A DNA stretch of 64,000 nt. Origin: Escherichia coli. GTDB taxonomy: Bacteria; Pseudomonadota; Gammaproteobacteria; Enterobacterales; Enterobacteriaceae. Below are positions 34,650 through 43,521 of the stretch, piece by piece; the stretch's first letter is position 1; each line of letters opens with the position of its first letter. Under the pieces are notes generated by a model that was given only the letters and a program-made list of their open reading frames with translations, made no database searches and was not told where the DNA came from. The stretch lies in assembly GCF_050920415.1 (NCBI RefSeq), contig NZ_CP169309.1; one strand, 5' to 3'. Made by a program: the position numbers and the translations under genes.

Positions 34650-35363
34650 GTGAATCAACGTAATATGTCAATAATTAATTCCACGCCAGTGCGTGTTATT
34701 GCCATTGTAGGATGTGATGGTTCAGGTAAATCGACCCTCACGGCAAGCCTGGTAAATGAACTGGCAGCAACAATGCCAACAGAACACATTTATCTCGGGC
34801 AATCGTCCGGGCGAATTGGCGAATGGATTTCACAGCTCCCTGTTATTGGCGCACCTTTTGGGCGTTATCTGCGAAGTAAAGCGGCACATGTGCACGAAAA
34901 GCCCTCCACACCGCCTGGCAATATTACTGCGCTGGTTATCTATCTGCTTTCCTGCTGGCGGGCGTATAAGTTTCGCAAAATGTTGTGTAAAAGCCAGCAA
35001 GGCTATCTGCTCATCACCGACCGCTACCCGCAGGTTGAAGTGCCGGGTTTTCGCTTTGATGGCCCGCAACTGGCAAAAAACACGGGCGGTAACGGCTGGA
35101 TAAAAATGTTAAGACAGCGCGAGCTCAAACTTTACCAATGGATGGCGTCTTATTTGCCCGTATTGTTGATTCGTCTTGGCATTGATGAACAAACCGCGTT
35201 TGCGCGTAAACCTGACCACCAACTGGCGGCGTTACAGGAAAAAATCGCTGTTACGCCGCAACTGACATTCAATGGTGCAAAGATCCTTGAACTGGATGGT
35301 CGGCAACCCGCCGATGAAATTCTGCAAGCGTCACTACGCGCAATTCACGCCGCGCTTTCCTGA
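34650..35363 (+). CDS. yghS: P-loop kinase-like protein
   Basis: 237-aa ORF; GCDGSGKST and ITDRYP motifs. Confidence 0.85.
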   Translation: MNQRNMSIINSTPVRVIAIVGCDGSGKSTLTASLVNELAATMPTEHIYLGQSSGRIGEWISQLPVIGAPFGRYLRSKAAHVHEKPSTPPGNITALVIYLLSCWRAYKFRKMLCKSQQGYLLITDRYPQVEVPGFRFDGPQLAKNTGGNGWIKMLRQRELKLYQWMASYLPVLLIRLGIDEQTAFARKPDHQLAALQEKIAVTPQLTFNGAKILELDGRQPADEILQASLRAIHAALS

Positions 35364-35393
35364 TCACCAAATGGATAGGGGATGATTTAACGA

Positions 35394-36152
35394 ATGGATG
35401 CACTACAAACACAAACTGTTAATAGTACAACCGCGCCGCAGCCCAACTACATTCCGGGGCTGATTGCGGTGGTCGGGTGTGATGGCACCGGTAAATCCAC
35501 ACTGACCACTGACCTGGTGAAATCGCTGCAACAACACTGGCAAACCGAGCGCCGCTATCTGGGGCTGCTCTCCGGCGAAGACGGCGACAAAATCAAACGG
35601 TTGCCGCTCGTTGGCGTCTGGCTGGAACGGCGACTGGCGGCCAAATCCTCGAAAACCCAAAGCATGAAAACCAAATCTCCGGCGCTATGGGCGGCGGTGA
35701 TTATGTACTGCTTCTCGCTGCGAAGAATGGCGAATCTACGCAAGGTTCAGCGACTGGCGCAAAGTGGCGTTCTGGTGGTCAGCGATCGCTTCCCGCAGGC
35801 TGAAATTTCGGGCTTTTATTATGACGGACCGGGGATTGGCATCGAGCGTGCGACCGGGAAAATCAGCATGTTTCTGGCCCAGCGCGAACGGCGTTTATAC
35901 CAAAAAATGGCGCAATACCGTCCTGAATTAATTATTCGTTTGGGGATTGATATTGATACTGCCATCTCCCGCAAGCCTGACCATGACTATGCCGAGCTGC
36001 AGGACAAAATCGGTGTCATGTCGACGATTGGCTATAACGGCACAAAAATTCTTGAGATTGATTCCAGAGCGCCCTACAGCGAAGTGCTGGAACAGGCACA
36101 GAAGGCGGTTTCTCTGGTTGCAATCGTTTCTGACCGCCGAAGTTTAACTTAA
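35394..36152 (+). CDS. yghR: P-loop kinase-like protein
   Basis: 252-aa ORF; GCDGTGKST and VSDRFP motifs. Confidence 0.85.
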   Translation: MDALQTQTVNSTTAPQPNYIPGLIAVVGCDGTGKSTLTTDLVKSLQQHWQTERRYLGLLSGEDGDKIKRLPLVGVWLERRLAAKSSKTQSMKTKSPALWAAVIMYCFSLRRMANLRKVQRLAQSGVLVVSDRFPQAEISGFYYDGPGIGIERATGKISMFLAQRERRLYQKMAQYRPELIIRLGIDIDTAISRKPDHDYAELQDKIGVMSTIGYNGTKILEIDSRAPYSEVLEQAQKAVSLVAIVSDRRSLT

Positions 36153-36197
36153 GGTTGGCGGGATACTTTTTATTATCAACGATAAGGTCAGGCTGAA

Positions 36198-37547
36198 TTG
36201 GCGGGGTTTAACATCAAACATTGGTTTGCAGATGGCGCGTTTCGCACCATTATTCGCAATAGCGCCTGGTTAGGCTCCAGTAATGTCGTGAGCGCTTTGC
36301 TGGGTCTGTTGGCGCTCTCGTGTGCCGGTAAAGGGATGACGCCCGCCATGTTTGGCGTACTGGTGATTGTGCAATCGTACGCCAAGTCGATCAGCGATTT
36401 TATTAAGTTTCAGACATGGCAGCTGGTGGTTCAGTACGGAACGCCAGCCTTGACCAATAATAATCCGCAGCAATTTCGCAATGTCGTCTCATTTTCCTTC
36501 TCGTTGGATATCGTCAGCGGCGCGGTGGCGATTGTCGGCGGCATTGCCTTACTCCCTTTTCTTTCCCATTCATTAGGTCTGGATGACCAAAGCTTTTGGC
36601 TGGCAGCGCTGTATTGCACGCTCATTCCTTCAATGGCTTCCTCCACACCGACCGGCATTCTGCGTGCAGTAGATCGCTTCGATTTGATTGCTGTACAGCA
36701 GGCGACGAAACCTTTTCTGCGCGCAGCGGGGAGCGTCGTAGCCTGGTATTTTGATTTTGGTTTTGCGGGTTTTGTTATTGCCTGGTACGCATCGAATCTG
36801 GTTGGCGGCACCATGTACTGGTGGTTTGCCGCGCGCGAATTACGCCGCAGAAATATCCATAACGCCTTCAAATTGAATCTGTTTGAGTCTGCCCGACACA
36901 TTAAAGGCGCGTGGAGTTTTGTCTGGTCAACCAACATTGCCCACTCCATCTGGTCGGCACGTAACTCGTGCAGCACAGTGTTGGTGGGGATCGTGTTAGG
37001 ACCCGCTGCCGCCGGGTTATTTAAAATCGCCATGACATTCTTCGATGCCGCCGGAACGCCAGCGGGTTTACTGGGCAAAAGTTTTTACCCAGAGGTGATG
37101 CGTTTAGATCCGCGTACCACCAGACCGTGGTTGTTAGGCGTGAAGTCCGGTTTACTGGCGGGCGGAATCGGTATTCTGGTGGCGCTCGCGGTGTTGATCG
37201 TCGGCAAGCCGCTCATTTCGCTGGTGTTTGGCGTTAAGTATCTCGAAGCGTATGACCTGATTCAGGTGATGCTTGGCGCAATTGTGATTTCGATGCTGGG
37301 CTTCCCACAGGAGTCATTGCTATTGATGGCGGGAAAACAGCGCGCTTTTCTCGTGGCGCAAACCATCGCCTCAATCGGCTACATCGTATTGCTGTTCATG
37401 TTCTGTCATCTGTTTGGCGTGCTGGGGGCTGCATTTGCTTACTTCGGTGGGCAATGTCTGGATGTGGTGCTCTCGTTAATTCCAACCTTAAAGGCATTTT
37501 TTCAGCGCCATTCCTTGCTTTATAACGCAGCCGGAGAGAAATCCTGA
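36198..37547 (+). CDS. yghQ: Polytopic inner-membrane protein, MOP/Wzx-like flippase family (putative lipid or polysaccharide flippase)
   Basis: 449-aa hydrophobic ORF; ORF-track start is TTG, so true start uncertain; synteny with yghRST. Confidence 0.75.
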   Translation: MAGFNIKHWFADGAFRTIIRNSAWLGSSNVVSALLGLLALSCAGKGMTPAMFGVLVIVQSYAKSISDFIKFQTWQLVVQYGTPALTNNNPQQFRNVVSFSFSLDIVSGAVAIVGGIALLPFLSHSLGLDDQSFWLAALYCTLIPSMASSTPTGILRAVDRFDLIAVQQATKPFLRAAGSVVAWYFDFGFAGFVIAWYASNLVGGTMYWWFAARELRRRNIHNAFKLNLFESARHIKGAWSFVWSTNIAHSIWSARNSCSTVLVGIVLGPAAAGLFKIAMTFFDAAGTPAGLLGKSFYPEVMRLDPRTTRPWLLGVKSGLLAGGIGILVALAVLIVGKPLISLVFGVKYLEAYDLIQVMLGAIVISMLGFPQESLLLMAGKQRAFLVAQTIASIGYIVLLFMFCHLFGVLGAAFAYFGGQCLDVVLSLIPTLKAFFQRHSLLYNAAGEKS

Positions 37548-38371
37548 TGATGAGAAAATATTTCCCGCTTGAGGCGAGCGAGCGTCTATTTATTGCAGTT
37601 GAAGAAGATGATGTCGTTGATGCGCAGGTCAGTTTACCGCCGACTATCGCAACAGGTTGTACCACCGAAATCATTCATGATAATTACGCGTTATGCCTGC
37701 AATTCTGGCTGAATGGCGTTGATCGTCAGGAATTACTGCGTTTAATCCACAAACAAGCCAAAGGCGAGGGGCTTACGGCTGACGAGCGTAAACAGTTTAA
37801 ATATATGCGGGCGCGTTATAAGCATCTACGTTTTGCCCAACGGTTGTATTTAAAAAAGCATCAGGCCGGATTTTTATTTGGCAAAACGACCGTTTTTCTT
37901 GGACGTTTTCAGGACGGCTTTCGTAACGGTAAGAAAAATATTGTGTCGTTTTACGGCAACCTTTTACGGATTTATTTAAGCTCTCCGGTCTAGTTGTTGG
38001 TGAACTATTCATTACGCCATAGCCAGTTAGAAAGCGTAAGCGGTTTTATTGCCTATCGGCAAAAGCAAATGCACCTCCTGAAAGAGATTATTGCCAAACC
38101 ACGGCTAACTGGCAGGGAATTTCATGATGTACGAAAAATAATCAGCCAGCAGGTTTCTTATTACGACACCCTAAGATCGCTTGATCCTGAAAATAAAGAA
38201 GCGTTACAGATTTCCCGCTTCCTCGCCGCCATTAATGGCCTGATGGGGGATAAACACGACGACATGGTGGCGGATGATATGGAAAACCGCCAGTCGTATG
38301 ATGCACCGATGGCGCTGGATAGCGATATTCGTCAGCGCTTAGAACTGCTGATTTCGCGTTTTCCGCTATAA
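37547..38371 (+). pseudogene. Hypothetical protein reading frame (275 codons) interrupted by a single in-frame TAG at 37991-37993; either a nonsense pseudogene or two adjacent ORFs
   Basis: ORF-track ORFs 37547-37993 and 37994-38371 are in the same frame and contiguous; start ATG overlaps the yghQ stop (TGATG). Confidence 0.4.
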
Positions 38372-38379
38372 CCGGAGCA

Positions 38380-38943
38380 ATGATGTCATCTCGTTTGATT
38401 ATTGCGCTGATTATCATGCTCTTAGCCCCGGGTGTGCAGGCGCACAATTTCGTCACTGGTAAAACGGTTACCCCTGTTTATATCCAGGAAGGCGGCGAGC
38501 TGCTTCTGAATAGCGACGACGAAATTCACTACCAAAAGTGGAACAGCACACAGCTGGCGGGAAAAGTCCGCATTATTCAGTATATCGCCGGGCGTAAGTC
38601 GGCGAAGAAAAAGAACTCACTGTTAATTAAAGCGGTTGAAGCGGCAAACTTTCCGCAGGATCGTTTTCAGCCCACCACCATTGTGAACACCGATGATGCC
38701 ATCTTTGGTACTGGCTATTTTGTCGTTGGCAAAATCGAAAAAAATAAACGCCGCTATCCGTGGGCGCAATTCGTTATTGACGGCAATGGACAGGGACGCG
38801 TTGTCTGGCGGTTGCCGGAGCAGAGTTCAACCATTCTGGTGCTGAATAAAGCCGGGCAAATTCAGTGGGCAAAGGACGGCAGCCTGACGCCGGAAGAGGT
38901 AGATCATGTCATTGCGCTGGCGCAGAAGCTGATCAATGAATAA
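38380..38943 (+). CDS. YtfJ-family periplasmic protein (signal peptide)
   Basis: 187-aa ORF; N-terminal signal MMSSRLIIALIIMLLAPGVQA; resembles E. coli YtfJ as I recall it. Confidence 0.6.
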   Translation: MMSSRLIIALIIMLLAPGVQAHNFVTGKTVTPVYIQEGGELLLNSDDEIHYQKWNSTQLAGKVRIIQYIAGRKSAKKKNSLLIKAVEAANFPQDRFQPTTIVNTDDAIFGTGYFVVGKIEKNKRRYPWAQFVIDGNGQGRVVWRLPEQSSTILVLNKAGQIQWAKDGSLTPEEVDHVIALAQKLINE

Positions 38944-38973
38944 AAAACTCAAAGGATTGAGGGCGTTAGTGAG

Positions 38974-40044
38974 ATGAAGCTGGTTGAACACTACATCATG
39001 CGTGGTACGCGCCGTCTGGTGCTGATTATCGTCGGTTTTCTGATCTTTATTTTCGCCAGCTACTCCGCACAGCGTTATCTGACCGAAGCGGCAAATGGGA
39101 CATTAGCTCTTGATGTTGTGCTGGATATTGTTTTCTACAAGGTGCTGATTGCACTGGAGATGTTGTTACCTGTTGGACTGTATGTGTCAGTTGGCGTGAC
39201 GCTAGGGCAGATGTATACCGACTCGGAAATTACCGCTATTTCTGCGGCGGGGGGGAGTCCGGGACGCTTGTACAAAGCCGTTCTTTATCTGGCGATACCG
39301 CTAAGTATTTTTGTCACCCTTCTGTCGATGTATGGTCGTCCGTGGGCTTATGCGCAGATTTATCAACTGGAGCAACAGTCGCAGTCGGAGCTGGATGTTC
39401 GCCAGTTGCGGGCAAAGAAATTTAACACTAACGATAACGGACGAATGATCCTTTCGCAGACGGTTGATCAGGATAATAATCGCCTGACTGACGTGCTGAT
39501 TTATACTTCTACTGCCAATCGAACCCGTATTTTCCGCGCCCGTTCGGTTGATGTAGTTGACCCATCACCCGAGAAACCGACCGTTATGTTGCATAACGGG
39601 ACCGCCTATCTTCTCGATCATCAGGGGCGTGACGACAACGAACAGATCTACCGTAATCTGCAATTGCATCTGAATCCGCTGGATCAAAGCCCTAACGTCA
39701 AACGCAAAGCAAAATCGGTCACGGAGCTGGCGCGCTCCGCCTTTCCTGCCGATCATGCCGAACTGCAATGGCGACAAAGCCGTGGCCTGACAGCATTGTT
39801 GATGGCGCTGCTGGCCATTTCATTAAGTCGGGTAAAACCGCGGCAAGGGCGATTTTCAACGTTATTGCCACTGACGTTGCTGTTTGTTGCCATTTTTTAT
39901 GGCGGCGACGTCTGCCGTACGCTGGTGGCTAACGGCGCGATTCCCCTCATTCCTGGTTTGTGGTTAGTACCCGGACTCATGCTAATGGGCCTGCTGATGC
40001 TGGTCGCACGCGACTTCTCTTTGCTGCAGAAATTTTCCCGATGA
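38974..40044 (+). CDS. LptF-like permease (YjgP/YjgQ family) paralog
   Basis: 356-aa ORF; N-terminal TM then large periplasmic segment then C-terminal TMs, the LptF/LptG architecture. Confidence 0.7.
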   Translation: MKLVEHYIMRGTRRLVLIIVGFLIFIFASYSAQRYLTEAANGTLALDVVLDIVFYKVLIALEMLLPVGLYVSVGVTLGQMYTDSEITAISAAGGSPGRLYKAVLYLAIPLSIFVTLLSMYGRPWAYAQIYQLEQQSQSELDVRQLRAKKFNTNDNGRMILSQTVDQDNNRLTDVLIYTSTANRTRIFRARSVDVVDPSPEKPTVMLHNGTAYLLDHQGRDDNEQIYRNLQLHLNPLDQSPNVKRKAKSVTELARSAFPADHAELQWRQSRGLTALLMALLAISLSRVKPRQGRFSTLLPLTLLFVAIFYGGDVCRTLVANGAIPLIPGLWLVPGLMLMGLLMLVARDFSLLQKFSR

Positions 40045-41120
40045 ATGTTTTCAGTCGCTATTTAATTCGTCATCTCTTTCTCGGTTTTGCCGCCGCCGCA
40101 GGGCTATTGCTGCCGCTCTTTACCACCTTCAACCTGATTAACGAACTGGATGATGTCAGCCCGGGTGGTTATCGCTGGACTCAGGCGGTGCTGGTGGTGC
40201 TGATGACCTTACCGCGCACACTGGTCGAACTTTCGCCGTTTATCGCCTTATTGGGAGGGATTGTCGGCCTGGGGCAGTTATCGAAAAACAGTGAGCTTAC
40301 CGCCATTCGCAGCACGGGGTTTTCTATCTTCCGTATTGCACTGGTGGCGCTGGTTGCCGGGATATTGTGGACTGTTTCATTAGGCACGATAGATGAGTGG
40401 GTGGCGTCGCCATTGCAGCAACAGGCGCTGCAAATCAAATCGACTGCCACTGCGTTGGGGGAGGACGATGACATTACCGGCAATATGCTGTGGGCCAGGC
40501 GTGGTAATGAATTTGTGACGGTGAAATCGCTGAACGAGCAGGGCCAGCCGGTGGGCGTGGAGATATTTCATTACCGCGACGATCTCTCGCTCGAATCCTA
40601 CATTTATGCACGCAGTGCCACCATTGAAGACGACAAAACGTGGATCCTGCATGGTGTGAATCATAAAAAATGGCTGAATGGCAAAGAAACGCTGGAAACA
40701 TCTGATAATCTTGCCTGGCAATCGGCCTTCACCAGTATGAATCTTGAAGAGTTATCGATGCCGGGAAATACTTTTTCTGTCCGTCAACTTAATCATTACA
40801 TCCATTATTTGCAGGAAACCGGGCAACCCAGCAGCGAATACCGCTTTGCACTGTGGGAAAAACTGGGACAACCCATCTTGACCCTTGCGATGATTTTGCT
40901 GGCTGTGCCGTTTACCTTTAGTGCCCCGCGTTCGCCTGGGATGGGTAGCCGTCTCGCTGTAGGCGTCATCGTGGGGTTACTCACCTGGAGCAGCTATCAA
41001 ATCATGGTCAATCTGGGATTGCTATTTGCGTTGAGCGCACCTGTTACCGCGCTCGGTTTACCGATAGCGTTTATGCTGGTGGCGTTGAGCCTGGTGTATT
41101 GGTATGACAGTCAACATTAA
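40041..41120 (+). CDS. LptG-like permease (YjgP/YjgQ family) paralog
   Basis: Start at ATGA overlap with upstream gene (MNVFSRYLIRHL); same architecture; 359 aa. Confidence 0.7.
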   Translation: MNVFSRYLIRHLFLGFAAAAGLLLPLFTTFNLINELDDVSPGGYRWTQAVLVVLMTLPRTLVELSPFIALLGGIVGLGQLSKNSELTAIRSTGFSIFRIALVALVAGILWTVSLGTIDEWVASPLQQQALQIKSTATALGEDDDITGNMLWARRGNEFVTVKSLNEQGQPVGVEIFHYRDDLSLESYIYARSATIEDDKTWILHGVNHKKWLNGKETLETSDNLAWQSAFTSMNLEELSMPGNTFSVRQLNHYIHYLQETGQPSSEYRFALWEKLGQPILTLAMILLAVPFTFSAPRSPGMGSRLAVGVIVGLLTWSSYQIMVNLGLLFALSAPVTALGLPIAFMLVALSLVYWYDSQH

Positions 41121-41154
41121 ACCCGCCGTGGCGCAGCACCACAGCGGGCTCACA

Positions 41155-42327
41155 TTACTGCTTCAGAGTAGCAAATGCCTGAATGATGGCATCGATTTGC
41201 TCACGAGTGTGGGCAGCGTTTACGCTACAGCGCAGCAGCGTGATGCCTGCAGGCGCGGCAGGTGGCAGGATAAGATTCACATAAACGCCCAGCGAAATAA
41301 GCTCGCGCCAGATGCGTAAACCTTCCTCTTTCGAACCGATTATTACTGGCACTACCGGGCTAATATGTGAACTTAACTCGTAACCCAGTTTTTGCAGACC
41401 GTCATACAGATGGCTGGCGTTATCCATCAGCTTTTGCCGCAACTCTGGTTGTGAGGCAATGGTTCTTAACGACGAGCGCACGGTCGCAATGCAGGACGGA
41501 GAAGGAGAGGCGGTAAAAATATACGGGCGGCTGCCGTAGCGCAGCACTTCCATCGCTTCCGAACCGACAGCAAAACCGCCAATCGAGGCCAGACTTTTAC
41601 TGAAAGTACCAACGATAATATCCACATCATCTTCAACGCCAACGGCTTCAGCCAGTCCGCGCCCCGTTGCGCCTAACACGCCAAACGAATGCGCTTCATC
41701 GACAATCAAATAACCACCGAGACGACGTTTGATATCAACAATTTCCGCCAGCGGCGCAACGTCACCGAGCATACTGTAGATGCCTTCAACGATGATAATC
41801 GCCTCTTTTGCCCGTTCACCGAGGCGAACCATGCGCCGTTCCAGATCTTTAGCATCGTTATGGCGGAAACGAATAATTTCCGCTCCACCGAGAGAACAGG
41901 CGTCATAAATACTGGCGTGGCTATCGGCATCCAGTAACACCACGGCGTTATGGTCGGCAAGTGCGCTGATGACACCTAAATTAGCGGTATAACCGGTTGA
42001 AAAAACGATAGCGGTAGGGCGATTGAAAAACTCGGCAATCTCTTTCTCTAACGCCAGATGTGGCGCATAGCTGCCATTAGCCATACGAGAACCGGTAGTG
42101 CCGGTGCCTTGTGCCGCTAATGCTGCCTGACCTTCGGTGATGGCATCATGATTGAAAGTTAAACCGAGATAATTATTAGTCCCGGCCAGAATCACTTTTT
42201 TATTGCCGATACGGCCTTCAGTGGCGGAGTACACTTCATCAATACAGGTACCAAACGGCGTTAATCCGTTGTCACTAAATTGCAGTCGCTCGCCAGCAAG
42301 GCGCGCATATTTATCGTATAGCCCCAT
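41155..42327 (-). CDS. PLP-dependent alpha-oxoamine synthase (serine palmitoyltransferase / BioF / Kbl family)
   Basis: 390-aa ORF; conserved VDEAHSFGVLG and PLP-lysine GTFSKSL motifs. Confidence 0.8.
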   Translation of the reverse strand: MGLYDKYARLAGERLQFSDNGLTPFGTCIDEVYSATEGRIGNKKVILAGTNNYLGLTFNHDAITEGQAALAAQGTGTTGSRMANGSYAPHLALEKEIAEFFNRPTAIVFSTGYTANLGVISALADHNAVVLLDADSHASIYDACSLGGAEIIRFRHNDAKDLERRMVRLGERAKEAIIIVEGIYSMLGDVAPLAEIVDIKRRLGGYLIVDEAHSFGVLGATGRGLAEAVGVEDDVDIIVGTFSKSLASIGGFAVGSEAMEVLRYGSRPYIFTASPSPSCIATVRSSLRTIASQPELRQKLMDNASHLYDGLQKLGYELSSHISPVVPVIIGSKEEGLRIWRELISLGVYVNLILPPAAPAGITLLRCSVNAAHTREQIDAIIQAFATLKQ

Positions 42328-42575
42328 TATTTATTCTCCAGCCATGGAAGTAGAGTTTCCATTAATTGCGCAGGGGTTTTGACATCCAGCAGAATATTAA
42401 TAGGAATGGAAATATCGAATCTGTCTTCCAGCATCATTAAGAGATCCATCACTTTGATCGACTCCAGGCCAAGATCGTTGACGAGATCGCTGTCGGGCTT
42501 AATTTCCACACCGTTTTCGACCAAATCCTGTAAACAGGAAAGGATGTAATCCATTACTATTTCACGATTTACCAT
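42327..42575 (-). CDS. Acyl carrier protein (dedicated, not housekeeping acpP)
   Basis: 82-aa acidic ORF with phosphopantetheine-attachment-like motif DLGLESIKVMDL. Confidence 0.75.
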   Translation of the reverse strand: MVNREIVMDYILSCLQDLVENGVEIKPDSDLVNDLGLESIKVMDLLMMLEDRFDISIPINILLDVKTPAQLMETLLPWLENK

Positions 42576-42606
42576 AGAAACGTTAACACACCTTTAAACA
42601 AGACAA

Positions 42607-43521
42607 TCAAAATAGCCCGCTGCGTAATGCGTGTTCCAGGCTAATCCCGGGAAACCAATTAATATCTTCAGAAATACGGTTATTACTTGCTGACCAGTCG
42701 GCGTGGGTTAATTCACGGATTTTCGAGCGGGTCAGCATAGGTTCTTTACCTGCCAGGCGACTCAACGCGGTACTGATATCCGCAAGGCAGGTGAGTACCG
42801 ACAGAGGAATACCAACCATTCGAACGGAACCGCAACGGGCGTCGGCGGCAAGTTGCTGTACGCGTTGCCAGTCATAGCCGCCGGCGACGCCATCGCATAA
42901 TTCATAGGTTTGCGTTTGTACAGTTTCGGCGCTTAACCACTGCCCCACGGCTTGCGCGAAATCGGTGACGTGCAGGAAAGAGAGCTGTGTATCTGGCGCA
43001 CCAAGTCGTGGCAGCAGGCCGCGCAGCATCCAGCCAAACAGCGGTTTTAACTCTTTATCGCCGGGACCATACACGGCTGTCGGGCGAAAAATGCCCAGCG
43101 TAATTTCGTCAGCCATTGCGGTCAGTCGTTGTTCGGCGACGTGTTTGGAATTTGCGTACCAGGAGAGTTCGGGATGGCGCGCCGCCAGCGAAGAGATAAA
43201 CAGAAAACGTTGGCAAAAGCCGCTCTCTTTTGCCGCTTGCATCAGGCGCAGGCTGCCGTCAACGTTACAGCGGGTAAAAATCTCTTCTTTGTGTCCGCGC
43301 ACTTGCCCGGCGCAATGGACCACCGCGCTGGCTCCGGCAACCAGTTCGCTAAGCGAATGTGTATCTTCCAGCGAACCGCGCACCCAGATGAGATTATCAT
43401 TGACGTGAGCGCGGGCAGTACGCGTCAATGCGCGAACGTGAAAGCCGCGGGCGAGCAGGTTATCGATAATATATTTACCGATAAACCCGGTAGCGCCCGT
43501 CACCGCGACAGTTTGATTCAT
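42607..43521 (-). CDS. NAD(P)-dependent epimerase/dehydratase-family (extended SDR) oxidoreductase; candidate 3-keto reductase
   Basis: 304-aa ORF; N-terminal Rossmann motif VTGATGFIG. Confidence 0.75.
   Translation of the reverse strand: MNQTVAVTGATGFIGKYIIDNLLARGFHVRALTRTARAHVNDNLIWVRGSLEDTHSLSELVAGASAVVHCAGQVRGHKEEIFTRCNVDGSLRLMQAAKESGFCQRFLFISSLAARHPELSWYANSKHVAEQRLTAMADEITLGIFRPTAVYGPGDKELKPLFGWMLRGLLPRLGAPDTQLSFLHVTDFAQAVGQWLSAETVQTQTYELCDGVAGGYDWQRVQQLAADARCGSVRMVGIPLSVLTCLADISTALSRLAGKEPMLTRSKIRELTHADWSASNNRISEDINWFPGISLEHALRSGLF

Noticed and set aside
36431-37078. 215-aa minus-strand ORF inside yghQ
   Set aside because: Antisense to a membrane-protein gene; Ala/Pro-rich artefactual translation
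41155-42327. Housekeeping bioF or kbl identity for the alpha-oxoamine synthase
   Set aside because: bioF sits in the bio operon and kbl next to tdh elsewhere on the chromosome; this copy is flanked by a dedicated ACP and acyl-AMP ligase, so it is an additional paralog
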